The translations under genes and the position numbers were made by a program. From assembly GCA_001817345.1 (NCBI GenBank), contig MHIE01000006.1, positions 1 to 59,568 of the forward strand: DNA of 59,568 nt, read 5' to 3'. A model generated the notes under the pieces. The model ran no database searches, was not told the origin of the DNA, and worked only from the letters and a program-made list of their open reading frames with translations. This document shows positions 35,291-43,766 of the stretch, piece by piece. Numbering within the stretch: position 1 is the stretch's first letter; every line of letters starts with the position of its first letter. This DNA comes from Candidatus Buchananbacteria bacterium RIFCSPHIGHO2_01_FULL_44_11. GTDB lineage: Bacteria > Patescibacteriota > Patescibacteriia > Buchananbacterales > UBA6539.

Positions 35291-35671
35291 TCAATCTGCA
35301 GTAGATTCGGGTGCACTTTCCAGGTACGCAAGCGCGGCGCGGAAGAATTCTGCTGCATCGGTGAATTCACATAGCACCCATCCGCGGGCCTCAGTTGGCC
35401 AATGGAGACAAACTTTCAGTGGGCGGGGTGCCATGGTCATGTGGCCTTGCTCTAGCTTCTTGGTTTCATCGAAGCCAATCCCCTGAATGATCCAGCAATC
35501 GTCGCCCAGTCTGGCCGACACCTTCGTCAGAAGTTGGATGGCACGCCCTCCCTTTCCCTTTAAAAACCACGCAACGATTGGTCGGTCAATCACCAGGTTC
35601 AGCAACTGTCTTTCGTTGCTTGCCGCTTCAACAGCATCACTCCACTGACGGCTGGTTGTCGGGATTGTCAT
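35291..35671 (-). CDS. Hypothetical protein (126 aa), high-GC gene
   Basis: RBS AGGAGGA is present and a terminator hairpin lies at ~35218-35252. No recognisable motif. Confidence 0.4.
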   Translation of the reverse strand: MTIPTTSRQWSDAVEAASNERQLLNLVIDRPIVAWFLKGKGGRAIQLLTKVSARLGDDCWIIQGIGFDETKKLEQGHMTMAPRPLKVCLHWPTEARGWVLCEFTDAAEFFRAALAYLESAPESTAD

Positions 35672-35876
35672 ACATAATCCTCCTAAACGTTGACGTTGTA
35701 AAAATGAGCTAACAACTTATACTATCACGCCCTCGTTATAATGTCAATCATATACGGATTATTTAGGGGAGCGGTTAGCATTGCTTGACAGTATAAACAA
35801 AAAATTGTAATTTTCTACTGCCATTAGGCAATCCCGGTTACTCGGGAAAACTCCAAACTATAGTGAGGGAAGAAAG

Positions 35877-37343
35877 ATGGACCTTGCAATTCAAAGTCAG
35901 GTGTTCGTACCGGAATTAGTCGATCTTGGCGGCAGCCAAGAATGGATTATTCGCGGCGGACGAGACAAGTTTCCGCTGCTCCCTGCGGCCTTCAAGGACA
36001 TCAGGCAAATCGGGGTTATTGGTTGGGGCTCACAAGCGCCCGCCCAGGCCCAGAATTTGCGCGATTCGCTCAAAGGTACCGGCATTCGGGTGAAAGTTGG
36101 ACTGCAGGCCGAAAGTCAATCAATCCCGAAAGCGATCGCCGCCGGGTTCACTTTCGAGGATGGGACACTCGGTGAGATGTTTAAAGTCATCCGCGAGTCG
36201 GACCTGGTGTTGCTCCTGATCTCCGATGCGGCTCAGGTTGAATTGTGCATCCATGTTTTCAGTGCAATAAGGCCGGGAGCCACACTCGGCTTTTCCCACG
36301 GATTCTTGGTTGGGCACATGAAAAGCGTGGGCGCCAGATGGCCCCGCGACATCAATGTCATTGGTGTTTGCCCAAAAGGCATGGGGCCTTCGGTCAGGCG
36401 TCTCTATCTCCAGGGGCAAGAAGTCAACGGTGCGGGCATTAACTCAAGCTTTGCCGTGGATCAGGATATCGATGGTCGGGCGACAGACATCGCGCTCGGC
36501 TGGGCACTTGCCATTGGCTCACCGTTCGTCTTCCAGACAACCCTGGAGAAAGAATACCTGAGCGATCTGGTTGGCGAACGCAGCATCCTGCTCGGTGCGG
36601 TTTATGGCATCGTCGAGGCATTGTTCCGCCGGTCTGTTCTGGCGAACAGTGGGCCCGAGACGGCCTTTATTAATTCGGTGGTTGCCATCACCGATCAAAT
36701 CAGTCCGCTCATTTCGCGTCAGGGAATTCTCGCAGTCTTTGAAAGCCTTGGTGATCAGCGTCCAACGTTTCTGAAAATCTACGCGAACGTTTACCCCCTC
36801 GCCCAGGCGTTGCTTGCGGAAATCTACGAGGAGGTGGCAAGCGGGAATGAAATCAGCAGCGTCATCATGGCAGGTGAACGACTCAAACGAATTCCGATGA
36901 CCAAAATCGGCAACACGCCGATGTGGCTCATTGGCCAGGGAATGCGTGACAGGGGGATTACCTGTCCGCAGGACATCCCGGTCGTTACCGCGGCAGTCTA
37001 TATTGCCGTTATGATGGCGCAGATTGACCTTTTGATGGTTAAAGGTCATTGTGTATCCGAAATCTGCAACGAAAGCGTCATCGAAGCCGTTGATTCGCTC
37101 AACCCATTTATGCGGGCTCGGGGAGTTTCGTGGATGGTTGATAATTGCTCGAGGACGGCACGGCTCGGAACACGCAAATGGGGACCGCGATGGCAGTATG
37201 CCGTCGAAGAAGCACTGGCCGCCTACGATGCGGGCGAAGTCGGCGACGTCCAGGCCGCTCGGCAATTCGGGATTCACTTGATCCATGGAGCGTTGGCGAC
37301 CTGTGCGCAGTTTCGACCCCCAGTCGACATCGCAGTTTCGTAG
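35877..37343 (+). CDS. Ketol-acid reductoisomerase-like, long (class II-length) form, high-GC gene
   Basis: IGVIGWGSQAPAQAQNLRDS Rossmann motif; 488 aa. Confidence 0.6.
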   Translation: MDLAIQSQVFVPELVDLGGSQEWIIRGGRDKFPLLPAAFKDIRQIGVIGWGSQAPAQAQNLRDSLKGTGIRVKVGLQAESQSIPKAIAAGFTFEDGTLGEMFKVIRESDLVLLLISDAAQVELCIHVFSAIRPGATLGFSHGFLVGHMKSVGARWPRDINVIGVCPKGMGPSVRRLYLQGQEVNGAGINSSFAVDQDIDGRATDIALGWALAIGSPFVFQTTLEKEYLSDLVGERSILLGAVYGIVEALFRRSVLANSGPETAFINSVVAITDQISPLISRQGILAVFESLGDQRPTFLKIYANVYPLAQALLAEIYEEVASGNEISSVIMAGERLKRIPMTKIGNTPMWLIGQGMRDRGITCPQDIPVVTAAVYIAVMMAQIDLLMVKGHCVSEICNESVIEAVDSLNPFMRARGVSWMVDNCSRTARLGTRKWGPRWQYAVEEALAAYDAGEVGDVQAARQFGIHLIHGALATCAQFRPPVDIAVS

Positions 37344-37557
37344 TGCTATCAGCACCTTAAAGCAATCAGAAAAGTTCACAAAGAGCCTAGCCAGCTCTTT
37401 TTTTATACAAAAATTCAGCTTTTTAACATTGACATTTTCAAGCTTGACAAAATTTGACAAGCCTTTAATTAAATGATATATTATCCACAGTTAATCTCAC
37501 TGCCTTCTCGAAATGTCGGGACGGCAGTTTTTTTGTATGATTAAGCCATAATACAAT

Positions 37558-38118
37558 ATGAAATGTTCAATTTTTATTGATGGCAATAACTTTTATAAAG
37601 GTGCCAAGAAGTTAATTAATGACAATACGATTAGTTTGCTTCATTTTGATTATACAAAATTTTGCCATTTTCTATGTCGAAGCAACAATTATGTTAGAGC
37701 AAGATATTATATCGGTGCTCTGAGTAGGGGTGGTGATGTTAAGTCAGAAGAAATGTATGCCAATCAGCAAAGATTAATAGGCCTACTCCAAACACATAAT
37801 ATCCCTACGGTTTTAGGAACTATTATTAAACATCCAGATGGTTCCTTTCATGAAAAGGGTGTTGATGTGCGAATTGGAATTGAGATGATTAAATTTGCTC
37901 GTTTAGATGAATATGACCAAGCGATATTAATTAGCTCAGATACAGATTTAGTTCCAGCTGTTGAAGAAGTAAAAACCTTTGGTAAAGAAGTTCTGTATGT
38001 TGGTTTCCCTTCAAATCAATCATTTGGTCTTACAAAAACTTCTGATAGTCTATTGTTGCTCAGAAAGGATGATTTAATGAATTTTTTTCCTCCAACAACT
38101 CAGAAGCTTGGTATATAG
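37558..38118 (+). CDS. NYN-domain (LabA/DUF88-like) predicted ribonuclease
   Basis: CSIFIDGNNFY, GVDVRI, ILISSDTDLVPAVEEV. Confidence 0.75.
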   Translation: MKCSIFIDGNNFYKGAKKLINDNTISLLHFDYTKFCHFLCRSNNYVRARYYIGALSRGGDVKSEEMYANQQRLIGLLQTHNIPTVLGTIIKHPDGSFHEKGVDVRIGIEMIKFARLDEYDQAILISSDTDLVPAVEEVKTFGKEVLYVGFPSNQSFGLTKTSDSLLLLRKDDLMNFFPPTTQKLGI

Positions 38119-38278
38119 ATATTATTTATTTTTATAATAAAAACCTCCCATTGCTGGGAGATTTTTTATCCTCGGATTTCGAGCAATATAACTCAGAGGC
38201 CAAGGTGGCAGATGGGGCAGGCGAGCCCACGACCGCCCCGACATTTTTAGCTTTTCGCTGAGTCTAAAACAACAAAGG

Positions 38279-38350
38279 GGTGACCAGAGGGAATTGAACC
38301 CTCGTCAAGGGTGCCACAAACCCTTGTGTTACCACTACACCATGGTCACC
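38279..38350 (-). tRNA. tRNA-His(GUG) with encoded G-1
   Basis: G-GTGACCA..anticodon loop TTGTGGC..TGGTCAC-C. It is flanked by the 12-bp inverted repeat ACAACAAAGGGG/CCCCTTTGTTGT. Confidence 0.85.
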
Positions 38351-38469
38351 CCTTTGTTGTCTAGATGAAAAAAGCCGATACGTTTTATTTTAAATTATAA
38401 ATTTTAAATAAAATCTCAATATTATAATATTTAATTAAAATTTAAAATTAATTATTGAAAATTGTTTTC

Positions 38470-38554
38470 TGGTGCACCCGACAGGATTTCCCGCCCGAGA
38501 CGGGTCCGCCTTCTTGTTTTCTTATTAAGGTGGGCGGAGAACCTTAGCCGGTAG
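38470..38554 (-). pseudogene. Copy of the tRNA-Arg(CCG) T-loop-to-CCA end with a 49-nt T-loop insert (38490-38538)
   Basis: TGGTGCACCCGACAGGATTT is identical to 38555-38574. The insert holds TCCGCC..GGCGGA and CCCG..CGGG hairpins and ends before GAACC. Confidence 0.6.
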
Positions 38555-38631
38555 TGGTGCACCCGACAGGATTTGAACCTGTAACCCTCAGCTCCGGAAG
38601 CTGATGCTCTATCCAGTTGAGCTACGGGTGC
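38555..38631 (-). tRNA. tRNA-Arg(CCG)
   Basis: GCACCCGTAGCTCAACTGGATAGAGCATCAGCTTCCGGAGCTGAGGGTTACAGGTTCAAATCCTGTCGGGTGCACCA. Confidence 0.9.
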
Positions 38632-38668
38632 TAACGCTTTGGCGGGTAAAAATTTCACCCCGTCTCAC

Positions 38669-38737
38669 TTGCTCCCAGCAGGAATCTCCGCCAGAGGCGG
38701 ATCCGCCCCTTTAGAATTTATAGGATGGCGGAGAACC
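38669..38737 (-). pseudogene. Orphan tRNA 3'-end fragment (..GATTCCTGCTGGGAGCA) with a 46-nt T-loop insert
   Basis: Hairpins TCCGCCAGAGGCGGA and TCCGCCCC..GGCGGA lie between GAATC and GAACC. There is no 5' half. Confidence 0.45.
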
Positions 38738-38802
38738 GTGATAGGCGAGTAGTGTGTCCAATTCCGCCAAAAAGTGGAATAATCTTTTTCTGTTATAACC
38801 AT

Positions 38803-38874
38803 TGCCCCCGGGAGGAATCGAACCTCCATCTAGAGCTTAGAAGGCTCCCATTCTATCCGTTGAACTACAGGGGC
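38803..38874 (-). tRNA. tRNA-Arg(UCU)
   Basis: GCCCCTGTAGTTCAACGGATAGAATGGGAGCCTTCTAAGCTCTAGATGGAGGTTCGATTCCTCCCGGGGGCA. Confidence 0.85.
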
Positions 38875-39207
38875 GTAAAACAAAATGATACTACTATAAA
38901 ATTAAGCTTTAGTCAACCAGCCAGCCGCTGCTGATGCAGCGGAAATATCAAATTACAAATTTTAATCCCCAAACAATTTTCAAAATCCAAAATTTAGTCA
39001 TGGCAGTTTTTGATGGTTGGGATTTATTGGCGACGTAGGGCGAGTGTCCGCCTGAGGCGGACCGAATTTAGCTAGCCAAAAAGGGTGTAATACCCCGTCC
39101 CGTATATAGTAAACTTAAAGCCTCTACGGGACTGCGTAAGAAGTGGACAGAGCAAGCTCTGCGGTCAATACCCTTTATTTGAGATTTGGTGCTTGAAAAT
39201 TCGTTTT

Positions 39208-40068
39208 TTACCTATATTTCCTGGTAGTTAAAATCGAAGAATGACCGAGTAAATTTTTGACCTGCTGCAAATCCGTGCCTTCTTTAATTAAATAGCTGGC
39301 AATGGTGTGACGGATAATCCTTGGGTTGACCGGATTTTTTATGCCCACCGCCCGGGCGTATGCCTGAATCAGACGCTGAATGCTTCTGGCTGTGATTGCT
39401 TTAATTTTACCCGGCCGAGTGGCCCGGTCGTGGCGGATGAATAAAAACGGCGACTGATCTTTTCTTTCAGCTAAATATTTTTTTAGCCAAAATTTAGCCT
39501 GGTTTGATATAAATACCTTTCTGGGTTTTTGCTTTTTGCCTAAAACCACAAAATCGTCGCGTTCTAATCTAACCTCCTGGGTGCGTAAATTGGCCAATTC
39601 AGATACGCGCAGGCCAGAGGCGAAAAGCAGCTCCAGCATCGCCTTATCGCGCCACTGAATGATTTTTGGCTGTTTGATTCTTAAAGGGGACTCTAACAAT
39701 CTTTCCAATTCCGAATTTTCCAGCCGACTAATTTTTCTATTGGGCAGCCTGGCTAATTTGATTTGTTCGGCCTTCAAGCTTGTTTGGTTTTGCCAATATT
39801 TTAAAAATGATCTTAAAGCGATCAGATGGTAGTTTTTGGTTGAGCCGGCCAAAGTTCGGCCAAAGCGGTTAGCTTGTTTATCTAGCCAGAGCCGGTATTG
39901 GTTGATTAATTTATCGTCCAGCTGACTGAGGTTAGTAATTTTTGAGGCTAATAAAAACCGCTTTAAATAAAAATCATAATTTTTTATTGTCGCCAAGCTT
40001 AGGTGGTCTTGATTTTTAAGATGGCTTAAAAATTTTTCTATTAATGGCGTAATGGCAAGTAACTTCAT
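39208..40068 (-). CDS. Tyrosine recombinase, XerC/XerD-like
   Basis: ASGLRVSELANL, HTIASYL, LLGHSSILTTRKY (catalytic Tyr near the C-terminus). Confidence 0.8.
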   Translation of the reverse strand: MKLLAITPLIEKFLSHLKNQDHLSLATIKNYDFYLKRFLLASKITNLSQLDDKLINQYRLWLDKQANRFGRTLAGSTKNYHLIALRSFLKYWQNQTSLKAEQIKLARLPNRKISRLENSELERLLESPLRIKQPKIIQWRDKAMLELLFASGLRVSELANLRTQEVRLERDDFVVLGKKQKPRKVFISNQAKFWLKKYLAERKDQSPFLFIRHDRATRPGKIKAITARSIQRLIQAYARAVGIKNPVNPRIIRHTIASYLIKEGTDLQQVKNLLGHSSILTTRKYR

Positions 40069-40171
40069 GTTTATATTTTACCCCCACACCTAAAATTAAG
40101 CTAATTTTAGGTGTGGGGGTGGTAAACTCCAGCGGGAATCTAGCAATTGTACCGCCGAATCCTGGTTCCGC

Positions 40172-40239
40172 ATCTCCGCCAGAGGCTTGCTCCAGAGGCC
40201 AGCCAAAGGCTGGCAGGCGCATCGGCCTCTGGCGGAGAT
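40172..40239. repeat. Long GC hairpin (15-bp perfect stem)
   Basis: ATCTCCGCCAGAGGC ... GCCTCTGGCGGAGAT encloses GCCAGCC-AAA-GGCTGGC. Confidence 0.7.
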
Positions 40240-40420
40240 CAGCCTTTAACTGAAAGTCTGGAATGACAGGCGGAGAAAAGGTGCGGGGTTGACAGTTATT
40301 CCTGCCTATGTTATGGTAGTTAAGCTAATTGTTAAAAGACGACTGCTCGGCTGCGCCTTAAACCGGCTGACCCCGGCTAACGACCAGACTTGGCAACCGT
40401 CAGCGAAAGGGCCAAGCATT

Positions 40421-40789
40421 GTGTTGAACAAAAAGAAGAAGGAAAAAATCATCGCTAAATACAAAACCCACTCCAGCGACACTGGTTCTTCTCCGGTTCA
40501 GATCGCGATTTTAACTGAAGAGATCAAAGAACTGACTAAGCACCTGAAGTCTCACAAAAAAGACTTCTCTTCCCGCCGGGGTTTATTAAAAAAAGTGGCT
40601 GAAAGACGGCGACTTTTAAATTATTTACGGCGCGAAGACGAAAAAACCTACCACTCTTTAATTCAGGATCTGAAATTGAAAGTTTTGGAACCGAAAATTG
40701 AAGGCGAAAAAGAAAAAAAATTGGCTGATGCGATTGAAGAGGTGGAAGCCGAAACCGAGCCGGAAGCAGAACCCGAGGTTGAGGAATAA
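40421..40789 (+). CDS. rpsO: 30S ribosomal protein S15 with a ~35-aa acidic C-terminal tail
   Basis: DTGSSPVQIAILTEEIKELTKHLKSHKKDFSSRRGLLKKVAERRRLLNYL. A GTG/TTG start near 40421 is preferred to the track's 40289. Confidence 0.85.
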   Translation: MLNKKKKEKIIAKYKTHSSDTGSSPVQIAILTEEIKELTKHLKSHKKDFSSRRGLLKKVAERRRLLNYLRREDEKTYHSLIQDLKLKVLEPKIEGEKEKKLADAIEEVEAETEPEAEPEVEE

Positions 40790-40807
40790 TTTTTTAAACT
40801 GTAACTT

Positions 40808-41380
40808 ATGATTAAGTATAAAGATCAACGAGTCGGCATCTTTGTTGACGTGGCCAATATGTATCATTCGGCCAAGAATCTTTATGGTGCCCGGGTGAAT
40901 TTTAAGGAAGTTTTGCGGACGGCGGTTGATGGCCGAAAATTGATCCGCGCCATCGCTTACGTCATTCGTTCGGAGTCCGACGAAGAGCGGGCTTTTTTTG
41001 AGGCTTTGGATAAACAAGGGTTTGAAGTTAAAGCCAAGGATCTGCAGATTTTCACCGGCGGAGCCAAAAAAGCCGACTGGGACGTCGGTATTGCCATGGA
41101 TGCGATTAAATTGGCTGATCGGCTTGATAGCGTTGTTCTAGTTTCCGGCGACGGCGATTACGTTCCCCTCGTCACTTATTTGCAGGAAAATAAAGGCTGT
41201 CAGGTGGAAATCATCGCCTTCGGCAAAACCACTTCTTCCCGGCTGATTACCGCTTCCGATGATTACATTGATTTAGGCCAAGACACCAAGCGTTATTTAA
41301 TTAACGTCAATAACAATCAGGTCTCGATTAAAAAATTATTGCCGGAGCGGATTAGACGTTTAACAAAAATTAATCATTAA
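40808..41380 (+). CDS. NYN-domain (LabA-like) predicted ribonuclease
   Basis: VGIFVDVANMYHS, DVGIAMD, LVSGDGDYVPLV. Confidence 0.75.
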   Translation: MIKYKDQRVGIFVDVANMYHSAKNLYGARVNFKEVLRTAVDGRKLIRAIAYVIRSESDEERAFFEALDKQGFEVKAKDLQIFTGGAKKADWDVGIAMDAIKLADRLDSVVLVSGDGDYVPLVTYLQENKGCQVEIIAFGKTTSSRLITASDDYIDLGQDTKRYLINVNNNQVSIKKLLPERIRRLTKINH

Positions 41381-41505
41381 TTAGTTGATTTGCCAGAAGT
41401 TAATTGGCGATGCAAATCTACGAATGCTGTCTAGGCGAGTGTTAACATTCGTGGGTATTCGCAGATTAGTATCGCGTTTCCGGCAAATCGAGAAAGGCAA
41501 TTACT

Positions 41506-43719
41506 ATGTCAGTAAAAACTTTTGAGTTAGATTTTGCCGGAAAAAAGCTGGTGATCGAAACCGGTCATTTTGCTCAGCAGGCCAATGGTTCCTGCACCGT
41601 CAGCTACGGTAGCACCGTAGTTTTAGCCACCGCCGTCTTGGGCGGTATCAGAGAGGGAGTTGATTATTTTCCTCTTTCGGTTGATTACGAGGAAAAACTT
41701 TATGCCGCCGGCAAAATTAAAGGCAGTCGCTGGATTAAGCGCGAAGGCCGGCCGAGCGACGAAGCGGTTTTAACCTCGCGGTTGGTTGATCGCTGCATCC
41801 GGCCGCTTTTCCCCAAAGAAATTAAAAATGAAGTCCAGGTTATTTTAACCGTGCTTTCGTTTGATCAAGAAAACGACTCGGACATTGTCGGTTTAGTCGC
41901 CGCCAGTGCGGCCTTGGCTATCTCCGACATTCCTTGGGGCGGGCCTTTGGCCGGCATCAGAATCGGCCGGGTTGAAGGAGAATGGGTGATTAATCCGTCA
42001 TTTGAAGCCAGAGAAAAAAGCGATCTGGATTTAGTCGTTGCCGCCAAAGAAAATAAAGTTTTGATGATTGAAGCCGAAGGCAAAGAAGTCGCCGAAGACG
42101 TGGTTTATTCTGCCGTTGAATTTTCCTTGAAACACACCAACCCGATTATTGATTTGATTAACCAGGTGGTCGCCGCTATCGGCCGGCCTAAAGCCGATTT
42201 ACTGTCCGCGACAACGCCAAGCAGCGAAGAAGATTCACAAGCCACTGACGCGGAAAAAGAAGCGATCCAAAAAACCCAGCAATGGCTCAAAGAAAATATT
42301 CCTCAGCTTTTATTCGCCCAAAAATTGGTGACTAAAGCTGACCGGCAGGCGGTTTCGACCAAAGCCGAGGCAGCCTTATTGAATTATTTAATCAGTGAAA
42401 ATATCGGTAAAGACCGCCGGAAAAAAGCTTTAGCCTTATTAGATGAGGCGATCGAAAAAGAAGTTTCGGCCGCTATCCTGGAGCGCCAGCAGCGGGTTGA
42501 CGGCCGGAAGTTGACTGAGATCAGACCTTTAGGCGTGGAAGTCGGGCTTTTGCCCCGGACTCACGGCTCGGCTTTGTTTAACCGCGGTGAAACTCAGGTT
42601 TTATCGGTGGTGACTTTGGGCGCGCCGGGCGATGAACAATTTTTGGAAGGTTTGGAAGTTTCCGGTAAAAAACGCTACATGCATCATTACAATTTTCCGC
42701 CTTATTCAGTCGGTGAAACCGGCCGGTTGGGTTCACCTGGCCGCCGGGAAATTGGTCACGGCGCTTTGGCGGAAAAAGCCATCAAACCGCTTTTGCCGGA
42801 CAAAGAAAGTTTTCCTTACACTATCCGGGTCGTGTCTGAAGTTTTTGGTTCCAATGGTTCCTCTTCCATGGCTTCCACTTGCGGCTCCGCTTTGGCTTTA
42901 ATGGATGCCGGTGTGCCTCTGGCTAAACCAGTGGCCGGTATTGCCATGGGTTTAGCGTCTGACAACGCCGGTAATTACAAAATTTTAACTGACTTGCAGG
43001 ACTTGGAAGACGGTCAGGGCGGCATGGATTTCAAGATTGCCGGCACTAAAGACGGCATCACGGCGATTCAGTTAGACACTAAAACCGCTGGGTTAAGTTT
43101 AAACATTATTAAAGAAACCTTAAATCAGGGTTTAACCGCTCGGCTAGAAATTCTTGGTGCGATGGATAAAGTTATTGCCCAGCCGCGAGCCGAACTCTCA
43201 CCCTTTGCCCCACGGATTATTTCCTTCATGATCAATCCGGATAAGATTCGGGAAGTGATTGGTCCGGGTGGCAAAATTATTAATGAAATTATTGACGCGA
43301 CCGGCGTCCAAATTGATATTGAACCTGAAGGCTTGGTGTTGGTGACTTCCATTGATCAGGAATCGGCGGCCAAAGCCGTTGATTGGATTAAAAATATCGT
43401 TCGGGAAATCACGGTCGGTGAAATTTTTGAAGGTAAAGTGATTCAGATCTTGGATTTTGGCGCTATTGTCCAAATTTTGCCCAGTAAAGACGGCATGGTT
43501 CATATTTCGGAATTAGCGCCGCATCGGGTGGAAAAAGTCTCCGACGTGGTTAAAATCGGCGATACGGTCAAGGTCAAAGTGATTAATGTGGAAAACGGCC
43601 GGACCAGCCTTTCAATCAAGGCTTTATTGCCCGGCGCCGTAGAATCCAGTTATCGTCCCGGCGGCCACGGCGGCCATGATCACAAGAATAAGTTTTTCCA
43701 GAAGCGTAATCGTTATTAA
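41506..43719 (+). CDS. pnp: Polynucleotide phosphorylase
   Basis: Two RNase PH domains plus KH and S1 domains; 737 aa. Confidence 0.95.
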   Translation: MSVKTFELDFAGKKLVIETGHFAQQANGSCTVSYGSTVVLATAVLGGIREGVDYFPLSVDYEEKLYAAGKIKGSRWIKREGRPSDEAVLTSRLVDRCIRPLFPKEIKNEVQVILTVLSFDQENDSDIVGLVAASAALAISDIPWGGPLAGIRIGRVEGEWVINPSFEAREKSDLDLVVAAKENKVLMIEAEGKEVAEDVVYSAVEFSLKHTNPIIDLINQVVAAIGRPKADLLSATTPSSEEDSQATDAEKEAIQKTQQWLKENIPQLLFAQKLVTKADRQAVSTKAEAALLNYLISENIGKDRRKKALALLDEAIEKEVSAAILERQQRVDGRKLTEIRPLGVEVGLLPRTHGSALFNRGETQVLSVVTLGAPGDEQFLEGLEVSGKKRYMHHYNFPPYSVGETGRLGSPGRREIGHGALAEKAIKPLLPDKESFPYTIRVVSEVFGSNGSSSMASTCGSALALMDAGVPLAKPVAGIAMGLASDNAGNYKILTDLQDLEDGQGGMDFKIAGTKDGITAIQLDTKTAGLSLNIIKETLNQGLTARLEILGAMDKVIAQPRAELSPFAPRIISFMINPDKIREVIGPGGKIINEIIDATGVQIDIEPEGLVLVTSIDQESAAKAVDWIKNIVREITVGEIFEGKVIQILDFGAIVQILPSKDGMVHISELAPHRVEKVSDVVKIGDTVKVKVINVENGRTSLSIKALLPGAVESSYRPGGHGGHDHKNKFFQKRNRY

Positions 43720-43766
43720 CAGTCGCGCCGCATCAAGCCCAAGCGTTTAGCTTAACTACTCTTAGC

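Noticed and set aside
1790-37360. High-GC islands might be assembly chimeras from another organism.
   Set aside because: This cannot be excluded without reads. However, there are four separate short islands. Each is flanked on both sides by backbone-type sequence and preceded by AT-rich promoters and RBSs like the rest of the window. This argues for real insertions, so they are kept as findings with a read-mapping test.
36519-37460. 313-aa ORF antisense to the KARI-like gene, plus other 60-130-aa antisense or nested ORFs in 1860-3930, 20719-21914, 31803-32856 and 35897-37476.
   Set aside because: These are stop-poor antisense frames of the kind expected in high-GC DNA. They have no RBS and no recognisable motifs, whereas the sense ORFs have clear family signatures.
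38940-39207. The structured 270-bp spacer, with GTCCCGTA..TACGGGAC and AAAGGG..CCCTTT stems, was considered as SRP RNA, 6S RNA or tmRNA.
   Set aside because: There is no SRP domain-IV motif (GGAA/AGCA loops), no tmRNA ends and no tag ORF. The flanks resemble the lineage's AT-rich or 'GATTTGGTGCTTG' spacer repeats. It is left unannotated and needs an Rfam scan.
40120-40310. RNase P RNA-like strings: GGTAAACTCCAGCGGGAATC (compare GGUAAACUCCACCCGGAGCAAG), GAAAGTCTGGAATGACAGG (compare GGAAAGUCCGG..ACAGG), an 8-bp complement AAGTCTGG (40254-40261) / CCAGACTT (40384-40391), and ACAGAGCAAGC at ~39160.
   Set aside because: The conserved blocks are in the wrong order for a type-A RNase P RNA. The P4-like pairing encloses only ~120 nt. 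The supposed 5' part would have to span the recombinase gene.

The first string also fits the TGGT-acceptor-Tstem-GAATC format of the tRNA 3'-end fragments. The pairing may instead belong to the rpsO leader. A cmsearch with RNaseP_bact_a/b would settle it.
40289-40420. N-terminal 44-aa extension of S15 in the ORF track (start at 40289).
   Set aside because: The extension overlaps the structured leader and has no similarity to S15. Conserved S15 sequence starts right after the GTG/TTG at 40421-40426.
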